Shown here in pieces: positions 26,586-37,640 of a DNA stretch of 64,000 bases (within the stretch, counting starts at the first letter, position 1; every line of letters starts with the position of its first letter). The stretch is from NCBI RefSeq assembly GCF_004010195.1, contig NC_057719.1, positions 76,552,849 through 76,616,848 on the forward strand. The letters run 5' to 3'. The notes below the pieces were generated by a model that did not search any database, was not told the DNA's origin, and saw only the letters and a program-made list of their open reading frames with translations. The stretch comes from Chiloscyllium plagiosum (taxonomy: Eukaryota). The position numbers were made by a program, and so were the translations under genes.

Positions 26586-26639
26586 ATTGAACACATCACA
26601 AGATCACTACAGTTTATGATAAAACTTTGCTTTTGGGAA

Positions 26640-27470
26640 TGTACGGAACAAAGTTTAAACCTGAAGCTGACACAAAACGTGGAGTGTAACAAGTGGTGAA
26701 AAGGATAGTAATAGACTTCAGGAGGTCATCAACAAGCTTTGGGATGTGCAAGCATGTGGCAAATGAAATTCAATGCAGAACATTGAGGTAATGCATCTTG
26801 GTAGAATGAAGAGAGACAATAAATGCTAAATGGTACAATCATGAAGTCGTTGCAAAAAGGAGCAGACTGGAGTGCCTGTGCACAGATTTTTTGTAGGTGA
26901 CAAGACAAGTTAACAACCTAGTTAATCAAGTAGACTTTATGAATGGTTACAAAGGTTTTAAAAGCACTTGGAATAAGTCAAACATTGTATAAAACAACCC
27001 CAGTTCAAATGTTTCTAATTCTGGACATCACACGATATGAAGCCTTTGTAGTGGGCATGGAAAAATGTTCTCTGGAATGACTCCAGAGATCAGGGATTAC
27101 AGTTTCAATGATAGATTAGAAAAACTGGAATTATACTTCGAGCAGTGAAGACTAAGAGGAGACTTAATATGTGTGTTAAATTATAAAAGGTTTAGTCAGA
27201 ATTACTGAAACTGTTTCCAGTGAACTCTAGAGGCTAAGGGACTGATAATGAAAGGGCACAAGTTTAAGATGTTTGACAAATGGAACAGTGCAACATGAGA
27301 AAAAAAGAAATTATCTCATGGATGGTTATGATTTGGAATGCAGTGCCTCTCAAAATGTGGGTATAGGTTTAATACTAGTCTTTAAAAAGGAGAACTGGAG
27401 AAATTCTTGAAGACTAAAAAAATTTGCAGTGGTATAGAGAATATGCAGAGAGGTGGGACTAATGGCTGTT
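26640..27470 (+). mobile_element. Old CR1 LINE 3' portion
   Basis: Decayed motifs tggcaaatgaaattcaatgcag (WQMKFN), ttctggacatca, gaagactaagaggagacttaat. Confidence 0.7.
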
Positions 27471-27693
27471 CAAAATGGTATGTTTAATATCTGACTCAGA
27501 CTGCACACAAAGGCTCTTAAAGTTACACAAATTACCTGAAATAACCACAAAGGCCAGTATCCCATCACCCTTTACTTACATGTGACAGTACACCGGCTCA
27601 GAGTCAGTCTCCAAAATGAGGGGATTCTAAAACCCCTGTTTATATTTCTTTTTTGTTTACTTAACCCCTTTTTTTATTACTTAACCCCTGTTT

Positions 27694-28214
27694 TTTTTGC
27701 TGGCTTTCTTTTTATTTTATTAAACAATACACAAGAATTAACATTAACAGCTGTATACAGAAAACAGCAATTTTACAAGGGAGAGGAGCAGCAAAGCCAG
27801 GCCCCAAACCCTACTGTTCAACCAGTTTACAGGGAGATGAGGACAAACCCCAAATCCCAGTTTCAATTATTACAAACAGTAACAATGACATTTGGATATA
27901 TAAGACAGTACAATTGCATAAAAAGGTGCATACAATACAGACTCCCAGCAACCCAGCAAGCTCCCCCATCCTTCCCACCTTCTCTAGGCCCCTTCTGGCT
28001 CTTCCAGTTGTCGGTCTGCCTGGACACACCTTCCAACCAACTCGAGAATAACCAATCCTGCTTCCCCCCTCCCCCCCAGGATGACAACGGTCAGGACGGC
28101 CTATCCAGCTTTCGGCTTCCTTAACTGCTCTTTGCGCCCTCCGGCGACCTCTAGGACAGCCTGCCCCATTACCTGCCTGGGGTGACATTGCTGAAGATGG
28201 CCTACCTGTCTTAG
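27694..28214 (-). mobile_element. Unclassified polyadenylated retro-insert in the LTR target site
   Basis: T-rich tail and tttattttatt (AATAAA on the - strand) at the left end; bounded by cccctgttt target copies; not visibly homologous to the neighbouring Tx1 3' UTRs. Confidence 0.55.
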
Positions 28215-28227
28215 CCCCTGTTTATAT

Positions 28228-28793
28228 TTTTTTTCTTGTTTTATCTTTTTCTTTTCTTTTTTTTTCTTTTCTTGCTCTTCTTTTTTCCTTTCCTTTCCCC
28301 CACACTACCACATAACTGCGGAAGTGCTTATTTTTCCCCCACACCCATGTTGTGTGTGTGCAGGTGTGAGACTCAGTGAAAGACACAAGGTGCACAAATC
28401 TTTATTCAGTTCCCACCACCAGGAAGAAAGGAAACACCCAAGTGGCCAGTGACAAGCAATGCCCTTCACATCAAAGGGCAATGCTGTGTGATCAAAAAGG
28501 CGAAGGGGAGGGCAGGGATTAAATCAAAATAGAGTTGAGGGGGAAATAATACACTCCACATCCTGTGGTGCCCACCTTTCCCTGAAAATCTTGAGGATGT
28601 TGGTGGACACAGGGTGCTCCTTCTCCAAGGATACCTCAGCTCTGACATACCCGCGGAAGAGTGTCAGGTAGTCGGCCCTAACAACCCCTTCTTTGGCCCG
28701 CTGCTTGGACCTGGTTATGGCCAGTTTGGCCACACCTAGGAGCAGACCCACAAGGAAGTGCCGTGCTATGCCATGCCCTCCACACCAGGTGCC
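28228..28793 (-). mobile_element. Tx1-clade LINE 3' end (ORF2 C-terminus, 3' UTR, A-rich tail)
   Basis: Peptide LLLGVAKLAITRSKQRAKEG...LFRGYVRAEVSLEKEH...FRERWAPQDVECIISP resembles a Tx1 ORF2 C-terminus; AATAAA on the - strand and A-rich tail. Confidence 0.8.
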
Positions 28794-28900
28794 ACCCCTG
28801 TTTTTTTTCCTCTTTTCAAAAAGGGAGACTCCTGTTTACATTTTTTTTCTAGGACTGTCTAATCCCTGTTGATTTTTTTTTCTGGAGAAATTTCCTGTTT

Positions 28901-29228
28901 TTTTTCTTTTCCTTTTTAAAACATTTAACCCCCACACTACCTCCTAACTGCGGTAGTGCTTATTTTTTCCCCAGCACCCATGGTGTGTGTGTGCAGGTGT
29001 GAGACATAGTGAAAGACACAAAGTGCATGAATCTTTATTCAAATTCCACCACCAGGAAGATAGGAAAACACCCGGGTGGCCAGTGACAAACACTGCCCTT
29101 CCCATCAAAGGGCAGTGCTGTGTGATCAAAACAGTGAAGGGGAGGGGAGAGTAGGGACTAAATCAAAATAGAATTGGAGGGAGAAATGATGCACTCCACT
29201 CCCTGCGGCGCCCACCTCTCCCTGAACC
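28901..29228 (-). mobile_element. Tx1-clade LINE 3' end, copy 2 (5'-truncated)
   Basis: Homologous to 28295-28585; bounded by target copies. Confidence 0.82.
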
Positions 29229-29240
29229 ACCCCTGTTTAT

Positions 29241-29606
29241 TTTTTTTTGTTTTTGTTTTTTTTTGTTTTTTTTTCTCTTTCCCCTTTTTTTTATTTATTT
29301 ATTTTTTTAAACCCCCACACTACCACCTAAATGCGGTAGTGCTTATTTTATCCCCAGCACCCATGGTGTGTGTGTGCAGGTGTGAGACACAGTGAAAGAC
29401 ACAAAGTGCACCAATCTTTATTCAATTTCCACCACCAGGAAGATAGGAAAACACCCGGGTGGCCAGTGACAAGCACTGCCCTTCACATCAAAGGGCAGTG
29501 CTGTGTGATCAAAACAGTGAAAGGGAGGGTAGGGACTAAATCAAAATAGAATTGGAGGGAGAAATGATGCACTCCATTCCCTGCGGCGCCCACCTCTCCC
29601 TGAACC
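29241..29606 (-). mobile_element. Tx1-clade LINE 3' end, copy 3 (5'-truncated)
   Basis: Highly similar to copy 2 with the same 5' junction cctctccctgaacc|acccctgtttat. Confidence 0.82.
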
Positions 29607-31891
29607 ACCCCTGTTTATTTTGGTCAGTCAGGGCACCCTGATTGGCCATGGTTAACAACCCCAATTGAGGATCTTGTAGTCAACAAGATTCACCTGGTTA
29701 CCATCACTACATTAACTAATGTAATAAGGTCACAAAGGAAATGGTCATTTATTAAAAAAAAGTGTTAACTCAAGAAACGTTGCTTCGTCAGACCCTACAC
29801 GTTGATAGTTTTTTTTGAGTGTATTTCTCCTGTCTTAAAGATATGTTCTTGGCCACATCCCTTATGCCAGAGACAAACCTAACTGATTAGATGAATTTGT
29901 CCAAACTGTCAGGATTCAGCTACTTATGTCAATGTGGTCATATACTAATCAATAATCACCCTCCCACCTAAGCAGAACAGATATAATTCATAAGGATTAT
30001 TATTATAATGTTTAAAGTGTGTTTCCAAATCCTGCAAAATTTCTCCAGTCTGGACTTTCTGCTCCTAAGCTGTAACACAACTTGTCGCTCTCTTTCCCTC
30101 GCACTGATAGGAAAGTTGTTCCTCCTATTTGCTCAAGTTTTCAGAATTAATTTTGTCATTACTTCATTTCCACCAAGAATGGGGAATAAAATCCGATTCT
30201 GCTTTAAATCTCTTTTATTTCCCCAGCTGGCTAGAACATGTGCAGACATAGTGGCCTGCCTCTGTAATTCAAAGTTGCAGGCTATTGTTTTTGCTTTTAC
30301 TTCCTCCTTGTTATTTCCTATAGTTGTTGGGCAGCTTACAGCTCTGAAAATCCACACATTTTCAGCTGCACCATTCTTGACACCATGTGGTGTGTGTTTC
30401 ATGGCTGCCCCAGCCTGCACATACAAGCACTTACAACAGAAGTGGATGTCACATGATATGGCAAGCCAGCCAGTATACTAGGTACAATTGCATTCCTGCA
30501 AACAACAGGATTAGGCTTAAATGGCGACTCAGTGTGCCAAATTACTCTGTGCTGTACCGTTACACATTGAGCCAGAAGACCAGAATAACACAAATATAAG
30601 CTTACCACAGAGGTGCTGGCACAAGTGACACAATATTTAAAATCAAAAGGGTAAGCAAATTTTAAAAATAATCACACTAGCATCACAAATGGAAAGACAG
30701 AATTTGCTAATGTGTCAGAGCAAAGTCCATTTTTAGCCATCTGATGTGAACAATACCCATATAGAGAAAAGCTTCACCATTCCGGCTAGCACGTCAAATG
30801 GCCACTTGAGCTAGCATTACAAACATAATTTTATGGAACAGGAAAACATCATTCAGATCAATTGGCCCATGCCAGTGTTAAAGCTCCACATGAGCCTCCT
30901 CCCACACAATTCCATTGAATTTTAACTGCATGTCCTAATTGTCTGTCTCCTGTTTATCTAGCTTCCCTTAAATGCATCCCTTAAATTAATCAAAACCACA
31001 CCATGTGGCAGCATGTTCAACTTTCCAACTACTAAGCAGCTTCTATTGAATTGCTTATTGCATACATTAGTGACTGTCTTGTATTATATCTCATAATTTT
31101 GGACTCCACTGAATATCTCTGCATTTAAAATTATGGAAGGGTTTCATAAAGTAAATGTTCAAAATGCACTTTAACCTGTTCATAATCATCTGGTCCACTT
31201 GGTTTAATCAACAGAATTGATGTGAGGAAACCTCAACGAACCAAACAGCACACAGAATATCATTGATTGTCTCCATCAAGCAAGCTGACACTATGCTCAC
31301 TGCAGCAATGACTTATTTTATATTTTATGAAAGACTCATTTATTATTCACATGTACCGTATTCAGATTATTTTTAAAGAGGCAGATTCAAGAGAAAGAAA
31401 TTCAAACTGGTGCAAATCCTGCTGCTGAAATAAAGAAACTGAACATTTGGCTAACAGCAAATAATAATTAATTTTGACACACCATATTTCTGAGAACTCA
31501 CTGCAGGGATTAGTGGTGGCATTTGATGCAATATAAATTTCCAAAGTGCATTGATCAGGATAAGTAAATTGAGAGATTGACTGTGGAGTCTGTTTTGCTT
31601 GGAGAGTCTGGGAGAGGTTTTGTTTTGGAAATTATTATCCTGCATCCCCAATAGAAACCCTGCTTGTACAAGTTAAACAGCGTCACTACAGCTTTAGGGG
31701 ATATTTCACAAAGAATAAGAAGTAATATTGCAGGCTTTCCCTTAATGCACATTCCCAATATAGGTGGTAGCTTCCTTAATATGGTTTGTACTTCCTTCTG
31801 TAAGAGACTTAACAAAACTAGAGATTTTCTGAGTTAGCATTCCAATATATTCCAGGAGCACATTGTCACTGATTGTCCATTGACTTATTTA

Positions 31892-32514
31892 GAGCTGAAA
31901 ATGTGTTGCTGGAAAAGCGCAGCAGGTCAGGCAGCATCCAAGGAACAGGAGAATCGACGTTTCGGGCATAAGCCCTTCTTCAGGAATGAGGAAAGTGTGC
32001 CCAGCAGGCTAAGATAAAAGGTAGGGAGGAGGGACTTGGGGGAGGGGCGTTGGAAATGCAATAGGTGGAAGGAGGTCAAGGTGAGGGTGATAGGCCGGAG
32101 TGGGGTGGGGGCGGAGAGGTCAGGAAGATGATTGCAGGTTAGGAAGGCGGTGCTGAGTTCNNNNNNNNNNNNNNNNNNNNNNNNNNNNNNNNNNNNNNNN
32201 NNNNNNNNNNNNNNNNNNNNNNNNNNNTAGAGGAGGCCACATTGGGTGCAGCGGATGCAAATAGATGATGTGTGTGGAGGTGCGGTGAATTTGTGGCGGA
32301 TATGGAAGTATCCGTTGGGGCCTTGGAGGGAAGTAAGGGGGGAGGTGTGGGCGCAAGTTTTGCATTTCTTGCGTTTGCAGGGGAAGGTGCCGGGAGTGGA
32401 GGTTGGGTTGGTGGGAGGTGTGGACCTGACGAGGGTGTCACGGAGGGAGTGGTCTTTTCGGAACGCTGATAGGGGAGGAGAGGGAAATATATCCCTGGTG
32501 GTGGGGTCCGTCCT
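31892..32514 (-). mobile_element. Penelope-like element 3' part (pre-GIY-YIG region plus pLTR), with N gap 32161-32226
   Basis: Peptide PPLSAFRKDHSLRDTLVRS...GTFPCKRKKCKTC...CIRCTQCGLL; pLTR with hammerhead core at about 31955-31985; candidate TSD cattgacttattta (31878-31891) / cattgatttattta (32515-32528). Confidence 0.9.
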
Positions 32515-33699
32515 CATTGATTTATTTAACAGAGGGAAATTCATCGGCTGAAGGTGCATAGTTTTCCAATATTAACTGTAGACAAAAAGATTAACTGGAT
32601 CAGCAAATCTTCTTAGAAATGCCACAGGACTAACATCTATCTGGCATTTCGAATATAACTAATTTCAAGGACAATCCTTAACATCTCCTCTCTGAAAAGC
32701 ATAAAATTGTCATTGAATCATTGCATTCAGGCTAAACTGGAAAGTAAAAACTATTTGTAAAAAGCACGATTACAGAAAAGCAGAAATACATGGAAATCTG
32801 CTAAAATTGGAATACTACTGAAATTAGCCCACAATTCCTTTTTCAGTGCATGATGACCATATAATAATTATGTTCATTCATCCGAAGCAAGTAAAACGAC
32901 ATTTTTGGAAACCACCCAACATTGTTGACCATCACCACGTAACAGTTTAGCCCACCTATTGACCACCACTTGAAATCCGAGCTGAACAATAATTGTCATA
33001 TATATTCTGCCATTTGGCTACAGAGTTGTTCTAAAGGCACTGCTGCATAGAACAGTGCGAGTACCCTGCACATCTGAGATGGACTTTAGTCTTCACTTCC
33101 TGTTTGATGATTTTCCCACAATTCCCAGAATAAAATTGCAAGATTCAAGGTTGGGTACAGATTTGTGTAAGGTTTGATAGCGGATGTTGTGTTTCCTAAC
33201 TTGGTTGGAAATGGCAGCTTCAAAACAGAGGTAATTCTTTTTAAGTCAAGCCAAAATTTTGGTTTTAGTACTTCATGACAAAAACAAATCCAGATAGTGG
33301 CCATTACAATGAATAATCGGATGTTGCAACTTCATTGAAAATCTTGAAAGTGTAAAACAATGATGGACTCTTTGAAAACTGACCATGAATGAATGATGGC
33401 TACTTAAGCAAGATCCTGGAAGAAAAGACACCGTAACACTGTACATCAGCAAGAAGACAGCTTCCAAGAGGGGGAATGGTTACATGAATAAAAATAAATC
33501 TCCAATGAAAATCTCCAGTAATTACATCTGATGTAAAAAGACATGGATAAGGCAGCCAACCCAGATCTCGGTGCTTCTGCCTTGCCTGTCTTTTTTTGGG
33601 ACATTTCTGCTTTCATCGGTTTTTATTCCTTCTAGAAACAGGACTGAAACCACCCAGCTTGCCTCCACAGTCAATAGATCATTTACATATCATTAGCAT

Positions 33700-34290
33700 G
33701 ATGTTGAATAATCATTGGCAGGTTCGGCTTAACAATGTCGGTATTCTAGCACAAGCCAATATGTCTAGCATCAAAGCATTGAGCACACATAATCAGCTCC
33801 ATGGCGTAAGCCACACTGTCCATTTGCCTGACACAAAACTCCTGAAACAAGTGTTCTTCTCAGAAATACAACTTGGCAAGCAAGCCTCAAGAGAGCAAAG
33901 GAAATACCCTCAAAGCATCCTTGAAAAAGTGCAACATCCCAATAATACCTGGAAAATCTTGGCACAAAACTGTCCGAATCAAAACATGTGGTGCTGGAAA
34001 AGCACAGCTGGTCAGGCAGCATCCAAGGAGCAGGAGAGTCAACATTTTGATTTTAAGCTCTTCACCCTGACTCTGATCTCCAGCAGCTGCAGTCCTCACT
34101 TGCCCCCACAAAAGTGTCCAAAGTTGAGGGTAAGAATCTGGGAAATATGCGTATACCTCAAGTCTCATCGTTGTTGGCAACAGAGAAAGGAGCATATGAC
34201 AGTGGGACCATATCCCACCCTCCCATTCCTCAACCACCATCTGCCCCATCCAAGACAGAGACTGTAGCATCAGACTCTCCAGTCACCTGA
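33700..34290 (+). mobile_element. RTE-clade LINE 3' fragment interrupted by a PLE pLTR piece (33976-34106)
   Basis: Peptide WQVRLNNVGILAQANMSSIKAL...HLPDTKLLKQVFFSE...LKASLKKCNIP; insert TSD cacaaaactgtcc (33963-33975) / cacaaaagtgtcc (34107-34119). Confidence 0.82.
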
Positions 34291-34329
34291 CAACTCATTT
34301 TTAGTATGGAAGCAAGCTGACTTTGACTA

Positions 34330-34860
34330 TGAGATACTGCCTAAGAGAGGAGCTATCACAAAACTTTCTCCTTTCTGTATTTCGAGGAGACTGTTCCCTT
34401 GGTGACACACTGGTTCACTCCTCAATTCATCCGCAACACCCCATCTCCTTTCCATATGACTTTTTCATGCAAAACAGGACATGTTTTATCTCTACTTTTC
34501 TTCACCATCTGTGGCCTAAAACATTCTTTCCAGGTGAAGGAGCAATTTACATGTAACTTCTTCTGCTCACAATGTGGTCTTCTCTACAATATGGGGACAA
34601 AAGACAGACAGGGTGACCACCTTACTTAATTGACAGAACAGAGGTGTTCTTTATGACTGTAAGATCCCAATTGCCTCTCATTTCAATTTGTTATTTTGTT
34701 CTCACACTCACATCTCTGTCCTTGGTTTGCTGCACAGTTGCAATGAAGTTCAACAAAATGTCTCAGAAATGGCACTTTATCTTTTATTGAGGCATTTTAC
34801 AACTGTTTGGACTCAGCAATGAGTTCAACAATTTCAGATTGCAAACTCTTGTATTCATTT
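34330..34860 (+). mobile_element. Old, decayed Penelope-like ORF 3' fragment
   Basis: FRGDCSLGDTLVHS and FQVKEQFTC..CSQCGLLY motifs match the younger PLE copies. Confidence 0.65.
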
Positions 34861-34891
34861 CATTTCCTTTCTTTGCTTCTCTTTCTGTGTG

Positions 34892-34985
34892 GAGAAAGTG
34901 AGGTCTGCAGATGCTGGAGATCAGAGATGGAAATGTGTTGCTGGAAAATGACCTGCTGCGCTTTTCCAGCAACACATTTCCATCT
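34892..34985. mobile_element. Small PLE pLTR fold-back insertion
   Basis: gagatggaaatgtgttgctggaaaa / ttttccagcaacacatttccatctc inverted pair; duplicated flank tctctttctgtgtg (34878-34891, 34983-34996). Confidence 0.75.
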
Positions 34986-35157
34986 CTTTCTGTGTGAGCA
35001 GCACAATCTCTTCTAAGTGCATAAGTAATTTCTTTGTTCCAGTTTCTTGCTCCACATCCAATCCCAATGAGTTGGTCGTATAACTTTGTTGTTGTTCAAC
35101 CTTCCTGGTCTTTTATCTTGTTACACATCTTCCCTTTGTCTTTTGTCCAACCCCTAT

Positions 35158-35465
35158 GGGCCGCATGGTGGCACAGTGGTTAGCACTGCTGCCTCAAAGC
35201 GCCAGAGACCTGGGTTCAATTCTCACCTCAGGCTGTGTGGAGTTTGCACATTCTCCCCGCGTCTGTGTGGGTCCTCTCTGGGTGCTCCGGCTTCCTCCCA
35301 CAGTCAAAAGATCTGCAGGTTAGGTGAATTGGCCATGCTAAATTGCCCGTAGTGTTAGGTGAAGGGGTAAATGTAGGGGAATGGTCTGGGTGGGTTGCTG
35401 TTCAGAGGGTCGGCGTGGACTTGTTGGGCCGAAGGGCCTGTTTCCACACTGTAAGTAATCTAATC
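35158..35465 (+). mobile_element. HE1 V-SINE
   Basis: tRNA head, V-domain, tail gggcctgtttccacactgtaagtaatctaatct. Confidence 0.92.
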
Positions 35466-36169
35466 TCACCTATTACTCAAAATATGCCATCTCTAGGTCC
35501 CAAAACATTAACACTTCCATGTTGCCTAATGCATTTTCAAGCACTTCTTATTTTTATTTTATACTTCAATAACTTTTGTTGCAGTATGAAGGTTTCATTG
35601 ACCTCTCCATTTCCACTTTGACTTTCTGCTGTCACTCACATTACCCTTTTTAGAAATAAAATGCGCAGTGTTCTCTATCACTCCAAATATGAGAAATCCT
35701 CTGGAGAAATGCATATGTAAATGCGATGCTGAAATCTGCAATGCCTAAGGGCTTTGATTAGTCGGGAGATTGGAGGGAAAGAAGGGGAGAAAGCAAGGTC
35801 CGTAGAGGACATGGTTTAAGTTATAAAGAAAGGCTGGATTGGCTGGGACTTTTTTTCACTGGAGCATAGGAGTTGAGAGGTGACCTTATAGAAGTCTATA
35901 AAATCATGAGAGGCATAGATAAGATGAATAGCAAGTGTCTTTTCTCTAGGGTGGCAAGTTCAAACCTGAGTGAGATGGGAAAGATTTAAATAAAGGACAT
36001 GAGGTTAACCTTTTTTTAAAAAACACAATGAATGGTTTGTGTATGGAATTAACAGCCAGTGGAGTGGTGGATGGGTGCCCAATTACGTTTAAAAGACATT
36101 TAGGTAAGTACATGAATAGGAAAGGTTTGGAAAGACATGGGCCAGGAGTAGGCAGGTGAGACTAATTTA

Positions 36170-36386
36170 AAGTTAAAAATCACACAGCACTAGGTTATAG
36201 TCCAACAGGTTTAATTGGAAGCACACTAGCTTTCGGAGCGACGCTCCTTCATCAGGTGATTGTCACCAGATGAAGGAGCAGTGCTCCAAAAGCTAGTATG
36301 CTTCCAATTAAACCTGTTGGACTATAACCTGGTGTTGTGTGATTTTTAACTTTGTAGACCCCAGTCCAACACCGGCACCTCCAAAT
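36170..36386 (+). mobile_element. PLE pLTR fold-back insertion, third family
   Basis: ~91-bp inverted arms 36169-36259 / 36263-36353 plus a 3' extension; TSD tgagactaattta (36157-36169) / tgggactagttta (36387-36399). Confidence 0.85.
36224..36258 (-). ncRNA. Minimal type I hammerhead ribozyme motif
   Basis: The - strand reads cac-CTGATGA-a-GGAGC-gtc-GCTCC-GAAA-GC-TA-gtg, with cac/gtg as stem I. Confidence 0.7.
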
Positions 36387-36609
36387 TGGGACTAGTTTAG
36401 TTTGGGATTATGTTCAGTATGGACTGGTTGGACCGCAGGATCTGTTTCCATGCTGCATGGCCCTAGGAGATCACCATGGAAGGCAATGATGAATCAGAAA
36501 GTCATGATAGGGTGTCACTTAGCTAAGATTTTATAGCCTCTCGACTGTTTGGGGATGAGGAATCTGAAAATTAAAGACAGTTTAGGGCCCCACAGAATGA
36601 GATGGTACT

Positions 36610-37205
36610 ATTCTGCAAGGAAGAGTTTGCACGTCCATATCCATAAGGACCCTCACCAATTTATGCACCATTCTATCCAGGGGGCATAACGGCCTGGTAT
36701 GGCAACTGTTCCCCCAGGACCATAAGAAACCACAGAAGGTTGTGTGCACAGCCAAGACCATCACAGAAGCCAACCTCCCATCTGTGGACTCCATTTACGC
36801 TTCTCATTGAGGAAATGCTGCCAACATCATCAAAGACCCCTCCCACTCCGGTAATGCTCTCTTTCAACCTCTTCCGTCAAGCAGAAGGTACAGAAGGTTC
36901 AACACACACACCAACAGGTTCAAGAACAACTTCTTCCCGGCCATTATTAGACTGCTGAGTGGACCCCTCTAACTTCAAATAATGTTGATCTTGCTTTGTG
37001 CCCCTCCTGTGCAGCTGTAACCTTGTATGCCTCACTGCCTAAGCATCCTGTGATCTCCCACCCCCAGTCCTGAAGAAGGGTTATACACAAAACATCGACT
37101 TCTGCACCTCCTGATGCTGCCTGGCTTGCTGTGTTCTTCCAGCCTCCTACCTGTCTACTTGCACTGTATTTAGGCACACGTGGCTCCAATAAATCAAACC
37201 AAATG
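36610..37205 (+). mobile_element. Rex1/Babar LINE 3' fragment (with PLE pLTR piece at about 37068-37160)
   Basis: Encodes ITAWYGNC...NIIKDPSHSGNALFQPLPS.RRYR...TNRFKNNFFPAIIRLL; ends aataaatcaaaccaaa. Confidence 0.85.
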
Positions 37206-37224
37206 TTAAAAGAAAGAAAGATTG

Positions 37225-37640
37225 GAATTTGTATGGCAAACTTTATTAACTCAGAATGTTCTGAAGTGCTTTATATCTAATTCAACAGATTTGACATATA
37301 ATCACTGTTCCAATTTAAGAGATGCAGCAACTAGTTTGCACACAGCTAGCTCCCACAAGTAGGGATGTGAGGAGACCAGATCATCTATACTGGTGACCTT
37401 GATTTATCCATGACACCACGGAGAATTTCCTTGCTCTCCGAAAATGCCCATGGCCTTTTACACCTATCTAAGATCATAGATCTACAGTTTAATAGGTTAT
37501 CTGAAGGATGGTGTCTCTGACCGTGTAGCACTCCTTCAGTGTGGTTCTGGCATGACAGCAGTAAACATTGTGTTCAAGTCTCTTGAGGAAAGTTTGAACT
37601 CAAAAGATCTTGGCTCAAAAGTGACAGGAGCAGCTAACGT
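37225..37640 (-). mobile_element. DeuSINE (SacSINE1-like)
   Basis: gcagcaactagtttgcacacagctagctcccacaa...tctgaaggatggtgtctctgaccgtgtagcactccttcagt is the reverse complement of the Deu domain. Confidence 0.65.

Larger units (their letters stand above)
27537..29711 (-). mobile_element. Solo LTR (Gypsy-type, ~0.2 kb) split by nested insertions at its TATA motif
   Basis: On the - strand it starts TGTAGTGAT (29711) with GCCAATCA and a TATA-like AATAAACAGGGG. It resumes ATATAAACAGGGG (27645-27633), passes AGTAAA and ends TATTTCA (27537). Flanks ttacc (27532-27536) / ttaac (29712-29716) form a 5-bp TSD with one mismatch. Confidence 0.75.
35810..36460 (+). mobile_element. HER1/CR1 3' fragment hosting a PLE fold-back
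   Basis: CR1 3' sequence continues on both sides of 36170-36386. Confidence 0.8.

Noticed and set aside
27582..28124. 180-aa + strand ORF with a hydrophobic N-terminus
   Set aside because: Crosses the LTR/insert junction; the hydrophobic stretch comes from poly(T) tails
28215..29618. CRISPR-like or satellite array (short repeated motif separated by longer units)
   Set aside because: Vertebrate DNA; units have poly(A) tails, unequal lengths and Tx1 ORF2 homology; no cas genes
30008..30481. 157-aa ATG-initiated ORF in unique sequence
   Set aside because: No recognisable domain; Leu/Phe/Cys-rich composition typical of T-rich non-coding DNA; could still be a non-coding element
33596..34267. 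223-aa ORF
   Set aside because: Chimera of an RTE LINE relic and an inserted PLE pLTR
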